Source: Eledone cirrhosa (Eukaryota). Taken from it: a DNA stretch of 64,000 bases. The translations under genes and the position numbers were made by a program. The notes beneath the pieces were generated by a model. It was not told the DNA's origin. It searched no databases and saw only the letters and a list, made by a program, of their open reading frames with translations. Positions 60,170 to 64,000 of this stretch are shown here, piece after piece; the stretch's first letter is position 1; each line of letters starts with the position of its first letter. Where the stretch lies: positions 744,001-808,000 of the forward strand of contig OZ024748.1 of NCBI GenBank assembly GCA_964016885.1, in the 5' to 3' direction.

Positions 60170-60575
60170 ACATGTGTGTATTTGTGTGTGTGTGTGTGTG
60201 GGTGTGTGTGTGTGGGTGTGTGTGCAAATGTGTCTGCATGTGTGTGTATCTCAGTATATGTGTGTGTATATGAGTTTTCGTTTGTGAGTACCTGTGTGAG
60301 TTTATGCAGGTGTGAATGATGTTAGTGTTTGTGTGAATGTGTGTGTGTATATATATGTGTTCATGTGTGAGTGTATGCACATAGTATGACTTTATGCAGG
60401 TGTGAGTGTATGTGTATTTTGTGTTTGTGTATATGTGAGTGTTCATATGAGTGTACCTTTGTGTGTGAGTTTATGCTTGTACGAGTATGTGTTTTTGTGT
60501 GTATATTCATATGTGTGTGTTCATGTGAGTGTAGGTGTGTGTCTGACTGTTCATGTGTTCATGTATGTGTGTGAG
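60170..60575. repeat. Degenerate (TG)n tract
   Basis: Direct reading. Confidence 0.9.
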
Positions 60576-63500
60576 CAGTTTCCCACAGAACATCTGCATT
60601 GTTGCTTACTAATCCCCTTTTATTTGAAAATATGGGATAGGATTAGCCCAATTGAAACTTGAATTGTTGAAAGTTAATAATTTGTAGGATTTCATGAACT
60701 GGAAAAGAATTCCAAGTAGAGATAGATTTAATAGAGAATTAAGTGGCCAACTGCTAGTAATTAACCCTTTTCTTACCATATTTCTAATGAAAGAAACTAC
60801 CTGGAATTTTCAAATGATTTTGAAAATAATCAAGTATTTTTATTATTAACTCAGTGTTTAGCTTAACATAAAATTATGATTGAAGGTTTTAAGATTAATG
60901 CCAGCATGGGAGAATGGACATTAAATGATGGTGGTTATAAACACTTGAAAATAAACAGCTTTATATTGTAGAACCAGAGGTGATTTGCTGTCAGAACACT
61001 TAGTGAAGAGACTACCGTATTATTTTGAAAATAAGAATTTGAAGGGGTTTAGTAATATAACTAAATTTCTCATTATTAGAAAACAATGAATAGTAGAGGA
61101 TGTTGGGAATAGAATCAGTGATGAATGTTGTGAAGTGAATTGGAATGAGATGGCTGGGTCATATGTTGAGGAAGGATGTAAATGACTGGGTGAGAGGTAT
61201 GATGGAAAGGAATGTAGAAGGCAGTAGAAGTGGAAGGCTAAGAAAGGCATGGCTAAATATGATAGGGAAAACATGAAATCCAGGAGGGGTTTGGTGAGGA
61301 GGCATGGGATGCAGCTAATATGGAAAAATGGTGAAGTGCTCAACTCTTTCTCTCATCCCCTATCCTTTGCAGTCCACCTCCCTCACACCACTTCCTTGGT
61401 AAGTAACATGGAGAAGCTTGTCATGTGGCTAATGTTGCTAACCCTACTTCAGAAGAGTTTAGTATCAAGGTTAAGCTTAAGACAAATGCCTTGCAATGAG
61501 GTCAACATTGCCTTTCATCCTTTTGAGGTTAATAAAACAAAACACCAGCCCAGGAGCAGCAGGTTAGCAGGATTGTTTGAGTGTCAGACAAGATGTCTTG
61601 CAGTGGTATTTGTTTCAACCTTTTGCATTCTGAGTTCAAATCTTGCTGAGACCTACTTACGTGGTATACTTTATCTGTTTAACACCACCATCTGGCCTTT
61701 GGGTGCCTTTACTAGAGTACATTTTGTTGCAAACATTCAGACCAGGTCAGGTCTCTGTTTTGAGGAAGCCTTTATCCCTCCTTCCTAATAACCCCAGATG
61801 TCCTAAAAAGGACCCAAGAGCACTGCTCTACTCTCTCTCTGACATTGTATATATTTAATCAGAATGAAGACAAATGGTTTCTTAAGACAAAAAAAATATG
61901 AGCTTCATACAACACACATTTTTAGTGGGTTAAAAACCATAAAATTTATCATTGTGAGAAAATTTGTGACTGAAGCAGGTGGCTTTGCTGTGAATATGGT
62001 CACATGCCAAACACATAAACACACTAAGTACACAAAGTGTGTGTGTGTGTGTGTTTATTTGCTTGTTTCACACACTTCCCCTCACGGAATAGTTTTTTTA
62101 TGTCTATATTTTTCAATGTTTTCATGCCTGCATGTAGAAGTGGGGTGGGAGTAGGGAATTGCTGGATAACTTTCTCCCTCCCCTCTGCATATCTGAATGA
62201 CTGCCTTTAAATAACTGTCTGAACATCAAAACTTCTCAACTGTGGAATAGGAGTGGTAGCTACTTTCATTTTAGTTGGCTGATGAAACCAGTAACATTGT
62301 ATGTGCTTGTTTCAGCATTATCATCATCATTTTTACATCCTCTTTTCCATGCTGGCATGGGTCGGACATGACTTTCCGAGGCAGGTTTCTTGTGCCTGTT
62401 TCCTCCTGATGCTAATCCACACTTTTATTTTTAAATATGGTATATATCACTCCTTTTAGTTGAACCATTGTTAACAACTGGGTAATTGCTGGCCTTGTGC
62501 CAAAAGTAGAAACAATTATTAACAAACATCACACACACACACACATGTATAAAATAGGCATCCTCAGAGTTTCTGTCTGCCAAATTTCACTCACAAGGTA
62601 AGTATTGGTTAGCCCTATGCTATAGTAGAATATACTTGCCCAAGGTGCCGCGTAGTTGCACAATAAACTTCTTAACCATAAATATGTGTAGAGTACAGGT
62701 TATATTCCTTGTATGAACAACATTTCAACACAGTGCTAGTATTTCCAGTTTTTAATGTCAGTATGGCATATATTGTTCATGTGTGAACATTATGTCAGTA
62801 TGACACTTATTGTTCCTTAGTGAACATTGCTAATTTATGACCCAACATGATCTATTATCTAATTCACCCCCACAAAAACAGGTAGAATTTACTACTTTCT
62901 TACCCAACTTTAAAATAAAACAAACCAGCTGCTGTTGAGATTGGGTTCCTTGTTCCTGTTTTAATTATGTAAAGGCTCCTTATATGTACACCCCCCCTCC
63001 CTATAAAACAGCATTTGTTTTCAGTTTAGTATACTAACTGGTTTCTATGTTGAAGCAAAGTTTTGTGTAACATTACCTGCTGGGTCACATTGCCCTGATT
63101 GAAGGGAGACAGCATAGGGTGGTGAGTAACCCCTCCTCATCCCGTCTTGCATGTCCCACGGAAAAACTCATTACTGTTGATGCCATGATTAAAGGCAGCA
63201 AGTAGGCTCTCTGAAATTGCAGTGATAAAAAAACACACACACTAAATTCTGTAGGGTTTGACATTAGGAAAGGTACCCAGTCATAGACACTATGCCAAAT
63301 ATAGAATATATGAGCAAGATGTTCTCTTACACTGTGACACTTTGTCCAACCCATGGAAAGCAGACAAAATGGTGATGATGATGATATCTATATATAGTTG
63401 TTTGTGTGTTATTTGTAAGTATATATATCTAATGTGAAGGTGCATGGCCTAGAGGTTAGTGTTAGATTCACAATTATAAGGTCGTAGCTTCAATCCACAT

Positions 63501-63804
63501 ACCAGGTAGTGAGTTTTTTCCTTGTACAAGGCACTTCATTTCGCATTGCTCCAGTTAACTTAACTTAAAAATTGAGTACCAGGAGCAGGTAGGGGTTATA
63601 TTTCAATACAGACACCAAAACCATACCGTTCATGGATGAACTAAATTATGCAGGTCTTTCTATGTCCTCACTTACCTCCCAGTAAACCAACAACTGATCC
63701 ACATCAATTGCTGGTATGGGGATGACGGACATGATCAGTCTACAGTTGTCGTATTATATAGCTTCTATATATATTTATAAATATATATATATCTCTATAA
63801 AGTT

Positions 63805-64000
63805 ATGTTGGTACCACAGAACATCCAGTCCACACTAAAGTGGTTGTGTAGGTGTCATGACAAAAAGCACCAAGTCCACGCTGTAAAGTGGTCATGTAGG
63901 AGACATGGTAAAAAGGCTCCCAGTTGACACTGTAAATGTGGTTGGTGTTAGGGAGGGTATCCAGGCACAGAAAACCTGCCAGATACAGTCCTATACGAGC
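63805..64000 (+). mobile_element. RTE 3'UTR fragment with tandem subrepeats, runs off the window end
   Basis: Three CAC.CTGTAAAGTGG..GTAGG-like units, then GTGGTTGGTGTTAGGGAGGGTATCCAG, as in 53450-53580 (-) and 47660-47825 (-). Confidence 0.75.

Noticed and set aside
61249-61788. 179-aa ORF
   Set aside because: Runs through SINE fragments (GCCTTTCATCC, GAGTTCAAATC); no protein-like motif

Overview
Very AT-rich, repeat-dominated eukaryotic (animal) DNA. The mix of huge (TA)n/(TATG)n arrays, RTE-clade LINEs with (GAT)n tails, tRNA-head SINEs sharing that tail, a Tigger/pogo transposon, MITEs and a Helitron resembles a cephalopod (octopus-like) genome; this is inference, not verified. No intact host protein-coding exon is recognisable. 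The first ~575 bp look like a CpG-containing promoter and 5'UTR exon (ETS-CRE motif, strong GTAAGT donor), so most of the window is probably one very long intron. All long Y/I/M/C-rich ORFs are microsatellite artefacts; the only real protein-like ORFs are transposon-derived (RTE endonuclease/RT, Tigger transposase). The most notable signal is a set of minimal type-I hammerhead ribozyme motifs found by eye (CUGANGA...GAAA...UH with closing stems): six with complete cores plus two degenerate copies, from several sequence families. They lie in non-coding, Penelope-like (PLE) modules beside (TA)n arrays. These include a 168-bp head-to-head ribozyme palindrome and a two-copy inverted-repeat element whose ribozyme core is flipped between copies.
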